64,000 bases of DNA from Octopus vulgaris (taxonomy: Eukaryota): the NCBI GenBank assembly GCA_951406725.2, contig OX597825.1, positions 7,068,001 to 7,132,000 on the forward strand. Direction: 5' to 3'. The notes under the pieces are model-generated. The model did no database searches. It saw nothing but the letters and a program-made list of their open reading frames with translations, and was not told the origin of the DNA. The translations under genes were made by a program, and so were the position numbers. Position 1 is the stretch's first letter; every line of letters starts with the position of its first letter. Below are positions 26,240 to 38,773 of the stretch, one piece after another.

Positions 26240-27420
26240 TTTCAGCACTCTATGTATCTCTACAGACTTTTCATATTTCCTGTTGATCTTATAAATTTAG
26301 ACTAACTTCTGTTAGTAATGGTACAACTGTGTCAAATTGTGCAAGTGACCAGAAAAAGAGACCTTGTGATCCTTGAGTCCGTATAAACTTTGTTGTTCAA
26401 TAACAACAATTATCTCCAGACTTTATAATTCCCAACTAATAGAAATAATAATGGATTTTTTAAATACTTCTGAGTGGTATGGAGGTCCGCTTCTCTGTAG
26501 GATCAATACTTTCACACATGTACCACGCCTTCAGTTCATGAGGTCCAGTGTAAAAAAAACTCAAGAGTAGGCGTTATATTTCATCTTTTCTTCTTTTTCC
26601 TTTGGCCAGCTAAATCTAAATTTTACTGTTTTTTTAATTGACATTTCTGTGATATGCGTGTGAAGCATGCATCAGATTGTGTGTCTGTTAAAAATGCAAA
26701 AATTGTCTGTTCTGATTCAGTTTAGTAAAGAAATCTATCTATTCTCATCTATTGGTGCCTGTCTGTCTTTGCATCCTATTTTTATCTCGTTGTCTTCTTG
26801 ATTTAGAAGAATTGTCATGGAAGTGCCATTCTTACAGAAATATTGCTGCACTGTTCTTGTGATCCTTATCATAAATTATAAACATTGAAATTCAAAACCT
26901 TCAGGTCTGTGTATCTCTCCAAGACTTTTGGGTACATATTTCCAAGGAACTGCTAGATAAAAATAATGGCATTGCATAGACTAACTTCTGAGTTAGTAAT
27001 GGATATACTAACTGTGTCAAATTGTGCATTAGTGTACCAACACCGAGTACCTTAGATCAGTGGTCATTAACTGAGGTCAGTATAAGACTTTGTTGTTAAA
27101 ATATATGTACAACAAATTAGGGTTAATTATATTTCTCTGGTATTCAACATTTTTAATATAATTCACTAGTATTTTCTAATAGAAATATAATAGGATTTAT
27201 CACTAATTCCAAGGTAGTGAGCTGGCAGAAATGTTAGCACTCTCTTAGGATGCACAAATACTTTCACACACATGTACCTGACTGGTACTTCAGCCTACTA
27301 AATTTAGTCACAATGTTTTGGTCAGCCCAGTAGTGTGAAATAAAAACTCAAGAGAGTCCATAGGCACAAAATGTTTGAGAACACTGTTTTAGATGCTGGG
27401 TAAATTCATCTTTTCTTCTC
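26240..27420 (+). repeat. Degenerate local direct duplication (about 26240-26600 versus 26900-27420)
   Basis: Shared ordered anchors AGACTAACTTCTG, ACTGTGTCAAATTGTGCA, AATACTTTCACACA, AAAACTCAAGAG and TTCATCTTTT; the first copy has many small deletions. Confidence 0.65.
27058..27386. mobile_element. hAT-like MITE
   Basis: Ends CAGTGGTC...TTTGAGAACACTG; flanks ccttagat / ttttagat. Confidence 0.5.
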
Positions 27421-28347
27421 TTCTCATCTCTTTCCTCTCTACTGCCAGTAAACAACTCTGTGACATGTTCAACTGAGAACTATTGAGTGTGATAATTTCC
27501 TTGATAGGTGAGAAATTATTGCACTTGGTGTCCTTTTATTTTTTCTACCCAGTTTTTACATGTTAAGTGACTTTGTGGTGGACATTTTTTGCTTGAACAA
27601 AGATTGTAGATATTGGGTTTATGTCACCAATATATCTGATACTTAGCATTGAGAGGGCATAAGTGAGAGGGTGGATGTTTATCTGACTGACTCCATTTAT
27701 GACGAATTCCAGAAGATGTTGGAAACTGGTGTAGAAAGCACAAAGCACATGTTTCTATTTGATCTTTCTGCAGAACCCTTTGAGACCCACAACTGGAATC
27801 ACGGTGTTGGTTATCTCACCAGATCATGGGGTGTGTGAATTTGAATGCAACAAATATCATACATTATAGAATAATGCATTGCTAGTGAAAGCAGAATGGT
27901 ACTAGTGGCAGGGACATTCATTGAAAACTTTAATACCTGATTATCATTCTTTAGACACAATACATAATATTTATTTGACAGCTTGTCATAGTAATCTGAT
28001 CTAAATAACAAGAAGCAATTTAATAAAAACACTTAACAGTCAAATGGTGCTTTTTTGATTTTTATATTGTATTTAAGATTTATATATTTTTTTAATAGTT
28101 ATTTCTTTCTCTTTCTTTTTTTTAAGATGATAGAATATAATTTGTGTGTCTGATAGGACCAAATTCCTGCAGTGAAAATATATCGTCTTTGGGTTGCTAG
28201 AAGTAAAACTGAGATTTGAACTGCAAAAATATTTATTCGATTGTAAGTTACTGTTGAAAGAGAGACAGGAAGAAGTGACATAACAACAATGTGAATACTG
28301 CAATAATGCGAGTATCAAATACTGATAGAGTATGCATATCAAATACA

Positions 28348-30290
28348 GAGAACATTATTTACATTTGAAGATAGACACATACCAAATATTAGCCATAAAA
28401 TATCATTTTCAAATTAATAGACTTTTCAGTTAATACAGCAAATCAATAAATACTTGAGGATATCTATAGAAACCAAACCAAATCAGACTGGAGTCTGGTG
28501 TAGCTTTACTGCTTATTAGTTTCTGTCAAACCATCTAACCCATGCCAGCATGGAAAGCAGATGCTAAATGATGATGATTATGAGGATGATATGTGACCTG
28601 TCTATGAAAACAAGATAAGTTAGGAAATTATTTGTGGCCAATTCGTACATTTATTGCAGAACTACAAGTAAAATTGATTTGCTTCCAATAGGCAATAGTG
28701 AGGAGAAAGTTGAAGAGGTCTTAATTCCATATTTCTCTCTATTTACTTTCTGCAGAGCCATGACCCACACTTCTAATGGGTTATATCTAAACACACATCT
28801 CTAGAACTAACCGCATAATCACTCTCAAGTATCTGCTTCACTTTGTTTAGTTTCTCTCTCTTAACTTTATTGACCTATATCTCCATTTCTTGACCACATT
28901 CAACTAGAACATATATGCATTCAGAAAAATCAATACCATACGTTTGGAGCAAGAAAAGAATACATTCATAAGGATAAAAAGGTTATCCCTCAGATTAATT
29001 TTCTTGTTTGTATTTCTTCTGATTCAATCTTAGAAGTTTTTAAAAAAATGTTGTTTTTTTTCTCTTGAAAGTTCATAAATAAATGTGCATTTAAAATAGA
29101 TAATCTGCGAACCATTTTATATGATAGTCTGTAACAAATTAACTGGGTTTTGCAAATTCTAAGTGAAACATGTATTTTGGATAAGATATTTTACAACTTA
29201 TTATCTCTTAATTAAATAGTTTAATCATACACAGATATGTTTGTGTCAGTGTATCTATGTACATTGTAGGGGAAGAGAAAAGAGAGAGAGAGGAGGTGGA
29301 GGAGGAGGAGGAGGAGGAGAGAAGGGACGAAGGTGGTGGGAAATGCGGAGTAAAATGAGTGATAGGATGCAAAGAGAACAGAGAACATTATTTACATTTG
29401 AAGATAGACACATACCAAATATTAGCCATAAAATATCATTTTCAAATTAATAGACTTTTCAGTTAATACAGCAAATCAATAAATACTTGAGGATATCTAT
29501 AAAAATATCCATATGATATTATTTATACAAGTCTCTTTCAAACCAATGCACTTTTAAACAGAGAAGGAAATTTTATATGGCATACACTATGTTTATTATG
29601 TCTGTCTATGAAAACAAGATAAGTTAGGAAATTATTTGTGGCCAATTCGTACATTTATTGCAGAACTACAAGTAAAATTGATTTGCTTCCAATAGGCAAT
29701 AGTGAGGAGAAAGTTGAAGAGGTCTTAATTCCATATTTCTCTCTATTTATTGTCAAGGAGTTTGGCATTCACCTAGCCATGACTTCACATTCTAATGGAG
29801 ATTTATATCTAAACACACATCTCTCAAAAACTTCTTTCATAATCACTCTCAAGTATCTGCTTCACTTTGTTTAGTTTCTCTCTCTTAACTTTATTGACCT
29901 ATATCTCCATTTCTTGACCACATTCAACTAGAACATATATGCATTCAGAAAAATCAATACCATACGTTTGGAGCAAGAAAAGAATACATTCATAAGGATA
30001 AAAAGGTTATCCCTCAGATTAATTTTCTTGTTTGTATTTCTTCTGATTCAATCTTAGAAGTTTTTAAAAAAATGTTGTTTTTTTTCTCTTGAAAGTTAAA
30101 ATAAGAAGGGAATATCATTTAAAATTAGAATACCAATACCTGGTAATTAATTCTTTAAAAACAAAATTTTATATGTTAGGTCTGTAACAAATTAACTGGG
30201 TTTTGCAAATTCTAAGTGAAACATGTATTTTGGGATAAGATATTTTACAACTGATTGCTCTCTCTTAATTAAATAGTTTAATCATACAAC
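28348..30290 (+). repeat. About 1-kb tandem duplication with mosaic identity (28348-29230 versus 29380-30290)
   Basis: Blocks of apparently perfect identity alternate with unrelated blocks. Confidence 0.9.
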
Positions 30291-30403
30291 TGTTGTATTT
30301 GTTTCAAGCAGCAAGTACAACAGCTGAACATTTTGGGGAATAAATTACAACCCAAGAAGTGACCAAGATGTTACAGAAGCATGAAATATTATAAGAAAGG
30401 GCA

Positions 30404-30636
30404 TCAAAAAGAGAGGATTCTAGCTCAAAGACTTCAAATAAATTTCTTCAAAAATATTTACCAAAAGAGAGGATTCTAGCTTAAAAGGCTTCAAATAAAT
30501 TTCCTCCAAGATATTTACCAAAAAGGGAGGATTCTGGTCCAAAAGGCTTCAAATAAATTTCCTCCAAAATATTTACCAAAAAGGGAGGATTTTGGTCCAA
30601 AAGGTTTCAAATAAATTTCCTCCAAAATATTTTCAA
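30404..30636 (+). repeat. Minisatellite, four units of about 58 bp
   Basis: Unit CCAAAAAGGGAGGATTCTGGTCCAAAAGGCTTCAAATAAATTTCCTCCAAAATATTTA; starts near 30404, 30461, 30518 and 30576. Confidence 0.92.
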
Positions 30637-31112
30637 AATTAATTGATGAACCAGAAACATAGCCAAGAATCCTACTCTCTGAACTGATGGAACAAAGTCC
30701 CAAAATAAAGCTACAACTCGATCACATACATTATTGATAAGCTTAAGATCAACTTCCAGTATTTGTGAAGTTCCTGATCTAAATGTTAGAACCATAGACT
30801 AAAGAATTACTTTTGAAATCTCTTTTACTCTTTTACTTGTTTCAGTCATTTGACTGCGGCTATGCTGGAGCACCACCTTTAGTTGACCAAATTGACCTCA
30901 GTTGTTTCACACACATTGGCAATTAACACTTAAATATATATCTTTTATCTTTAGTTTTCCCTTAAACAACCATAACTATTATCAGAACCTCACTCCACAT
31001 ACCTGAACTTCCCTCAATTATTTCTGTATCTGTTAACAAATACATTCTCTGTTTTGCTTAAACACCCCCATGTGTATAAGAATACATGAGTGCTGTGTGT
31101 GTATGACTGTGT

Positions 31113-31144
<32 letters not shown>

Positions 31145-31145
<1 letters not shown>

Positions 31146-31415
31146 AGGCTATTGACTTTGTGGTTTGGATAATTTGTTCAGGATTGTAAAGTCTTGAGTT
31201 CAATTCCTGGTGATGCATTATGTCCTTGAGCAAGACACTTCATTTCATATTGCTCCAGTCCACTCAACTGGCAAAAATGAGTTGTACCAGTAATTCAAAG
31301 GGGCCAGCCTTGTCACACTCTGTGTCAGGCTGAATATCCCTGGGAGCTACACTAGGAAGCTGTTCCATTGATCAAATCAACTGGAACTCTTGTCGTCATA
31401 TCTGACCACATGCCA
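31145..31415 (+). mobile_element. SINE family C
   Basis: GAGTTCAATTCC, TGTCCTTGAGCAAGACACTT..CTCCAGTCCACTCA; tail shared with the 60627 copy. Confidence 0.78.
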
Positions 31416-31634
31416 GGTTTAACACACACACACATACATACACACACACACCCACACACACACACAGACACACACACACATACATGCATGTATACTCACA
31501 TACATACAAATATGTGTGAGAGTGTGATTACATTTACGCTACTTAAAAATAATTACTAAGGCTGAAATACTTAACTGAACACTTGAGATCAGTACACTAG
31601 CATGGCCACAATCCAACAATAAACAAAAGACTAA

Positions 31635-32004
31635 TCTTTATATATAAAAGTAAGGTTGTGTGGTGTCTGTCTCCTACGATTTAGATTCCTAACTACTCCC
31701 ACATTTTGCGGTGCAGTTTAACCAAAACCGGGTATCTTATAGTCGTGATTCATATCGATGAGTCTACTATTTAAAAAAAAATTTACCATCATTTTTTTCA
31801 TTTTAATGCATTTTTTCGCTATTATATAAGGGAAGTAACTCTCTAAAAATGTCTACGATGAGTCAACGATTTTTAAAAAACTTTACCATAATTTTGTTTC
31901 CATTTTTAATGCATTTTTTTTGCTATTTTTTGGCTATAACTCTCTAAAAATGCTTTATAGTTATTTCCCTTACAAACCCAAGCAATGCCGGGCGATACTG
32001 CTAG
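31635..32004 (+). mobile_element. Non-autonomous Helitron (second copy)
   Basis: A|TCTTTATATATAAAAG...hairpin...CTAG|T; highly similar to 17665-18060. Confidence 0.88.
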
Positions 32005-32050
32005 TTGAATATAAGAATGTATACTGAATTTAAAATATTTGTACTATTAT

Positions 32051-32425
32051 TATTACCTCCGCCTTAGCGAAGGTGGAGGTATTGTTTTCAGTCGTGTTTG
32101 TTTGTTTGTTTGTCTTTGGACAAGTTATCTTAAGAACCGCTGAATGGATTCAGATGAAACTTTTAGGAATGTTAGGCCTCGTGTCTGGCACAAACTGATT
32201 AGATTTGGGGATTGATTTGGTACCGGACAAAGATTCTGCATCATTTTCTCGTTTATTTTTTACATATTTTTTGAGAGTGGTCGAGTTCATTTTTAGTACT
32301 CTTGTTTGTGAGAACAGTCCAGCTTATTTCAGATATTCTCATCTTAAAAGATCATCTCTGGTTAATCGTTGAAAGGACGTTGGTTTTGCCTTGGCAAAGG
32401 TTTGCACTCTCTGAATGCTCTTTTT
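32051..32425 (+). mobile_element. Helentron-associated non-autonomous element (HINE/DINE-1-like)
   Basis: 5' subTIR ACCTCCGCC with a nearby inverted copy, (GTTT)n microsatellite, degenerate 3' subTIR GGCAAAGGT, terminal stem-loop GCACTCTCTGAATGC and T-rich ends. Confidence 0.72.
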
Positions 32426-32853
32426 ATAATTATAATTGCAAACAATTACTCTACAAATATTCTTGACATGTCTGTGTCTTTACTTATACCCCTGACAACT
32501 GTATGTCCGTCTGTCTGTCTGAGCACAACATCTTAGCATTGCTTCTGCTCTTGAAGTGAAGTAATACTTTCCTGGGGTCAATAGTATCTACCAACTAACC
32601 TCCTTCACTCTAAATTGCTAGCTGAGAGTCGAAGACAGAAACAATTATTTTACAGTCCAAGAAACACTTCAAAAACACTTGAAGCAAATACTGAGAGACG
32701 GAGAGCAAGACAGAAAGAGAAAAAGAGCAAGAGAGAGAGAGGGGGGAGAGAAAAAGAGAGGGTGAGAGAGAGAGGTGGAGCGATTAAAGATGCAGGGACA
32801 TCATAAATTTTATGTCCTTATATTTCTTTCCCGCCCTCCTACTTCATGTTTGA

Positions 32854-33073
32854 CCCTTCGCCATTCAGATTACACTGTCAAATGTAATTCTTATTTATTA
32901 CACTATTTTGAATTTATCGTACATTATTTCGCTGCTTTGAGATTTTGATGATGTGTTTCTTTACTTTTAGAATGACATTGTAGGGTGGGTGTAAGAGACC
33001 TGATCTGTCCAGTTTGAACATAAAAACAGAAAGACTATTTGGGCCTGATATGGCTAGTTTGGACACAAAAGGG
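32854..33073. mobile_element. piggyBac-like MITE (old)
   Basis: CCCTT...AAGGG termini flanked by ttga / ttca (decayed TTAA). Confidence 0.5.
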
Positions 33074-33164
33074 TTCAATCTTCATATCATTTCCCCTGCC
33101 TTTCTTTTACATGTTTACTTATATCCTCTGTCATGCAGTTTCTTTAAAAAGAATATTGTGAAAG

Positions 33165-33706
33165 GGGATGGTCAATTACATTGACCCCAGTAATTCACTG
33201 GTACTTAATTTATCAACCTTGAAAGTATGAAAGGCAAAGTCAGCCTCCGTGGAATTTGAACTGAAAACACAGCGACGATGGGTGAAATACCTATTTCTTT
33301 ACTCCCCACAAGGGGCTAAACACAGAGAGGACAAACAAGGACAGACAAACGGATTAAGTCGATTACATCGACCCAGTGCGTAACTGGAACTTATTTAATC
33401 GATCCTGAAAGGATGAAAGGCAAAGTCGACCTCGGCGGAATTTGACCTCAGAATGTAGCGGCAGATGAGATACCTATTTCTTTACTACCCACAAGGGGCT
33501 AAACAAGGAGGGGACAAACAAGGACAGACAAACTGATTAAGTTGATTATATCGACCCAGTGCATAACTGGTACTTATTTAATCGATCCTGAAAGGACGAA
33601 AGGCAAAGACGACCTCAGCGGAATTTGAACTCAGAACGTAGCGGCAGACGAAATACTGCTAAGTATTTTGTCCAGCGTGCTACTGATTCAGCCAGCATGC
33701 CACCTT
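33165..33706 (-). mobile_element. SINE family B multimer: one head, two 183-bp bodies and one older body
   Basis: Junctions ATAC|CTATTTC on + at 33290/33291 and 33473/33474. Confidence 0.9.
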
Positions 33707-33824
33707 CTCTATTACTATAATTTATAACCACATATTACTTATCTGATTAGAGTTACTTTCCTTAACCTTTAACAAAAGTTTGGTAAGAACATGCAGCTGT
33801 ATTAATATAAATTCTGTTTCAAGG

Positions 33825-34272
33825 AAGTAAGCTTGCAGAAATGTTAGCATGCTGGGCGAAATGCTTAGCGGTATTTCATCTATCTTTATGTTCTGAGTTC
33901 AAATTCCGCTGAGGTTCATTTTGCCTTTCAACCTTTTGGGGGTCGATAAATTAATTACCAGTTGCATACTGGAGTCAATCTAATTGACTGCTCCCCCTCT
34001 CCCCAAATTTCAGCCCTTGTGCCTAGAGTAGAAAAGAATATTATTTGGAAATAAAGGCAGTGAGCTGGCAGAAATGTTAGCACATCGGGTGAAATGCTTA
34101 GTAGTATTTCGTCTGTCTTTATGTTCTGAGTTCAAATTCCGCCGAGGTTGACTTTGCCTTTCATCCTTTCGGGGTCGATAAAGTAAGTACCAGTTGTGTA
34201 TTGGGGTTGATCTAATCAACTGGCCCCCTCCCTAAAAATTTTTTCGGGCATTGTGCCTAGAGTAGAAAAGAA
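33825..34272 (+). mobile_element. SINE family B, two head-to-tail full copies
   Basis: Each copy has its own head and ends TTGTGCCTAGAGTAGAAAAGAAT. Confidence 0.88.
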
Positions 34273-35328
34273 TATATATTGATATTTTCAACATTTAACA
34301 CATTTCTTCATGAACAGAGATGAAGAAATTCTACAAAAGAAACATACGTTTATAATGACCCCTAATTGCTATTATTAGGTTAAATACATTCATCACATTA
34401 TTTTTATCTCCTCTAATCAGCCAAACACAATTTATTAAAAGTTAATAGCGTGTAAAATAATGTTTTTTATAAGACTATTAACCTCAGTTTTAGAAATGAG
34501 TAAAATCTACGTTTCAAATCAGTTTTGATCTCCTATCATCAACTGACATAATCCTGGATCAGTATGTAGTACCAGACTGGATTTGAACTATGCATCTGTA
34601 TTTCAAACTAAGACAAGTAATGCTTTTATCAAATGAACCACACTGATTCCAGTACATAATCTTCTCAACAACAACTCTTCAGACATTTAGACATTTAATC
34701 AATAGACAGATGCAAGAATTTTTCTATTATTTTCTGAAAAGCGAGTTTAATCTGCAGAGACTTGAAACCAAGTCTGTCAATTTTTATACAAATATAAAGA
34801 TTATTAACAGCTAAATTAAGAATATCATGAGCAGAGGAAATATATGAACCTTTCTGGAATTCAGAAACGTGTGTATACGTGCATGCTCATGTGTGTGTGT
34901 GTGTGTTGATTTGTCATATTGATTTGTTTTAACAAACATCTTAAAAGTCCATTCGGTTATAAGTATACTGCTGTAGTTGTCCAGTGAAATAATGTCACAA
35001 AATCCATAAGACTGGTGTGACGCATCAGATAACGTGATGCAAAACATATAACAAATGATAGGATGTATTAGGATTACACACAATGTAGGAATGTAATGTA
35101 AAATCTGTTAACAGTAGTCTTGCTGTTGTTTCTGATGCTAAACTTTAACACTGCGTTGTAGATATTTACTGTGAACTGACCAAGGAGTTGTTACTGACTC
35201 TTTGGGGTTAGTAGTTCTATCCTTCCTAGATATTAAGGCAAAATTGTGCTGGTAGGATTTGATCTCACAATTAGATGCTCATGAATTTTATTTAGGCATT
35301 CTTTCAGGCACACTCCAGATACCCCACT

Positions 35329-35330
<2 letters not shown>

Positions 35331-35418
<88 letters not shown>

Positions 35419-35432
35419 GTAATAATAATAAT
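35331..35432. repeat. (AAT)n microsatellite
   Basis: Visible directly. Confidence 0.97.
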
Positions 35433-35789
35433 ACAATCACCATGTCATGCACATATGGTTGTGATGCATGTGCCTGGTGTACTCTTATCAGGCAGGTAGT
35501 CATGATAGGTATATTAGGCTTCGTATAATTGTACCCCAGCATCACTTTGATGGCATGTGCTGCTCTCTCAGTCAATGATAATAATAATGATGATGATTTC
35601 AAATGTTGACACTAGGCCAGCAGTTTTTGGGGGAGGGCTTAAGTTAACATTGATCCCAGTGTCTAACTGGTACTTATTTTATCAACTCCAACTGGATGAA
35701 AGGCAAAGTCAACCTTGGTGGAATTTGAGCTCAAATAAAAAATGCTGATGCACATTTCTGAAAAAATCAAATGGAAATTGTAGTTCCGA

Positions 35790-36026
35790 TACCTGTGCTG
35801 GTGGCACGTAAAATGCACTATCCGAACATGGCTGATGCCAGCGCCACCTTGCCTGGCACGCAAAAAGCACCCACAGAGTGGTTGGCGTTAGGAAGGGCAT
35901 CCAACTGTAGAAACACTGCCAGATCAGACTGGAGCCTGGTGCAGCCTCCTGGCTTCCCAGATCCCCGGTCGAACCGTCCAACCCATGCTAGCATGGAAAA
36001 CAGACGTTAAACGATGATGATGATGA
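35790..36026 (+). mobile_element. (GAT)n-tailed retroposon, family D
   Basis: GGCGTTAGGAAGGGCATCC...CCCATGCTAGCATGGAAA..GACGTTAAACGATGATGATG; copies or fragments near 18470, 28470, 42083, 46942 and 56783. Confidence 0.8.
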
Positions 36027-37224
36027 TATAATATATAATTAATATATAATCAGTTTTTATTGCCTGTTTTATACTGTTAATTAAAATATTATGATAATGT
36101 GTGATAATCACATGACTGTGAACGTTGTATGTAATTCTGGTTTCCACATGTAATTGGAGAAGGATAAAATGAAAGCCCCAGAACCCAGGTCCCATGGAAT
36201 AACTGATGCACCATTTGAATCATCAGACGATGATGTGATGTGTAGAACATCATGGAATGGAAAGAAAGAAGCTAACGGTGGTGGATGCTGGTGATGATGA
36301 TGATGATGATGACAAAGACAGCAGTGGTGGTGGTTGCGATGATAATGATGATGATGATGATATCAGTTAAATAAGAAAGCTGGATGGAGGAATAATGATA
36401 AATGAACAGTAACAGTAAAGATGGTGATGATAGAATTTGTAGATGTTTACTACTAATAAGAACAATTGGGAATGATTGATGGTGAAATTGTTGATCATTG
36501 AAGATGTCCCAAAATGGTGACAAAATGTAAAATAATTCTTGACTTTTGCCAGGTTTAGTGCAGCTACTGTAGTAAATACGTTCTTATCTAAGGTGTTGTT
36601 ATGGTGTTTAATAGATAAGAAGAACTGGGTTTTAGATATGGCAATGAAATGGTTGCGTAAATTTATAAAGGAAGAAAGAGAAGACGATGTATAGTAATTT
36701 TGAAGGCCATGTAATTCAGAGATGTTGGCAGCTGCTAAAATGTGCAGTAATTGATGCAGTGGTGGTCTGGGGATAACTGCAGGAACTGAGAGGTTGTAGA
36801 ATTGATGGTGGTGCTGTGAATCATAGTTTTGGTCTTTATACTTCTGATTATAGGGAGTTCTAGCTTTGGCAAAACCTCAGAATTTTATAAGGAATGAGGA
36901 ATGAGAATTGGTAATTGGCTTTGCATTTTAGTTCATTACTTATTTTGATGGCCTCTGCTGAGGAATAAAAGAAAGAAACTTAGCTCCTGTGTGGATTGAA
37001 CTCTGAATGGTGTAGAGAGAGAGAGTGAGACTGTTAGACATTGGGAAGTGTTTTGGCGAGTGTTCTACACATTCTAATATCTGTGTTCTTTGGGTTAAGA
37101 AAAATGATATTTAAACAAAGTTAATTACTGCCATGATAATGAGAGACAGGGCAAAAGGCAGAGAGATAATACCAGAATATATTCCACCTGTAAATGGATG
37201 CAAAATATGTGATTACACACCTGT

Positions 37225-37262
<38 letters not shown>

Positions 37263-38437
37263 CATTATATGTGAGTGAGTGAGTGTGTATGTATGTGTGT
37301 GTGTGTGGTGTGGGTATGTATGTATTTATGCATGGTGTGTGTGTGTTTATGTGTGTGTGTGTATGTGTATGTATGTGTGTGAAACAGTGTGAATTATTTC
37401 TGCATATGAAAGAAAACACGCAGTGTCTGTGATTGCTGTTACACTGATAATGAAAATGTATCATATCTCAAACGCCTGCAATACATCATACAAAATCTGA
37501 AGTACCAAACAACAGAATGTGGAACCAGACACAGCACATCTGACACATCTTGCTCCATTATTATCTATAAGTTGCTTCAACACATTTAAACTGCAGTTTC
37601 TGAGAAACAAGTCTGCGTCTTCAAAGCCGAATGAGGTTACTCAATAACTTTGTCTTGTCACTAGCGAGCTTAAACTAATGATCATCTTAATTGGTTTCAA
37701 TAAGAAAATACACAAAACGATATAACGAGAGAGACTAGTGTGCACTTTAGAACAAGTAGAAGCAATTATTTTGTATTGTTTCCTAATCCATCATATTTAT
37801 AATTCATTATTATAGTTTTGACATCAGATAATGAATGATATATTTAATTTTTGAATGGCAAAAGCTATTTCTAATAAACTAATTTAAACTGTAATTAAAG
37901 TTATGTCACTTATTTTGTAGATCATAACCAAGTGGCTACGTTTGATATGATTCGTATTTTTTTTAGTTTCTTCTTTCATCCTTTAACCTCTCAACACCTT
38001 TTATAAGTATGCCTCCTTCTCTAATATATTTCCATTCAATAATGGACAATCTACTTTTGTGAATCACATCACAATGTTACAAGTGCTGGTGCCAATAAGA
38101 ATCGGTGCACATGATTTTGTGAGTAAATACCAAAGAGATATTCTGGTAAAGCAAGGCTTTGCAGAAACGAAAATCAACCAGCTGACACACACATGACAAA
38201 CACAATCCGTAAGCGGAACAGTAAAAATGTTTAAGCCCTTTCTCAAGTTTGATTTTCTTTCCATTATCTACATTCCAATGGTGAAGATTCGTATTCTTGT
38301 TAGAAACCAACTCCTTCCTTACAGGAAGAATTCAAATAATTATAAATAGAAGAGTCCTCATACATATATGCTTTATGACAAGCAATACACACAAATGCTT
38401 GTATATACACTTATTTTTAAATAATATGTGACTTAAT

Positions 38438-38773
38438 TCTGTTGTGTCTGGGGAGAGTCATTCTCTTTTGGTGCCTTATAATTTAACACACTCACCAGTA
38501 AAATTTCCACTTATTCTTATTTTTATTTTCCTAAAATTTTCGTTGCGTCTTGCAACCTTTTCAATAGTCTTGACTCGGTCCATTATTTACACTGCGTTCC
38601 CTTTTGTTTGCTTGTGCGCACAAACAAACAAAAGGGAACGCAGAGTAAATAACGGACAGAGTGTGTTACATTATAAGGCACAAAAAGAAAATAATTCTCC
38701 CCAGACACAACAGAATATGTTTCAACACACGAACTCATATAAAGAATCTTGCAAACCAAATCCAAAAACAAAT
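38438..38773. mobile_element. Palindromic insertion flanked by an 11-bp direct repeat (possibly Penelope-related)
   Basis: TGTGACTTAAT at 38427-38437 and 38774-38784; inverted arms 38436-38493 / 38659-38716; inner palindrome centred at 38617/38618. Confidence 0.7.

Noticed and set aside
30404-30636. CRISPR-like appearance of regular repeats (also 56783-57130)
   Set aside because: Contiguous tandem units with no unique spacers, no cas genes and a eukaryotic context.
37170-37210. Minus-strand catttacAG|GTGGAA as a second recursive site or microexon
   Set aside because: Poor donor and weak pyrimidine tract; expected by chance.
38494-38573. Hammerhead-like TTGAAAAG-GTTGC-AAGAC-GCAAC-GAAA on the minus strand
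   Set aside because: The core departs from CUGANGA and stem I cannot be closed in the canonical register.
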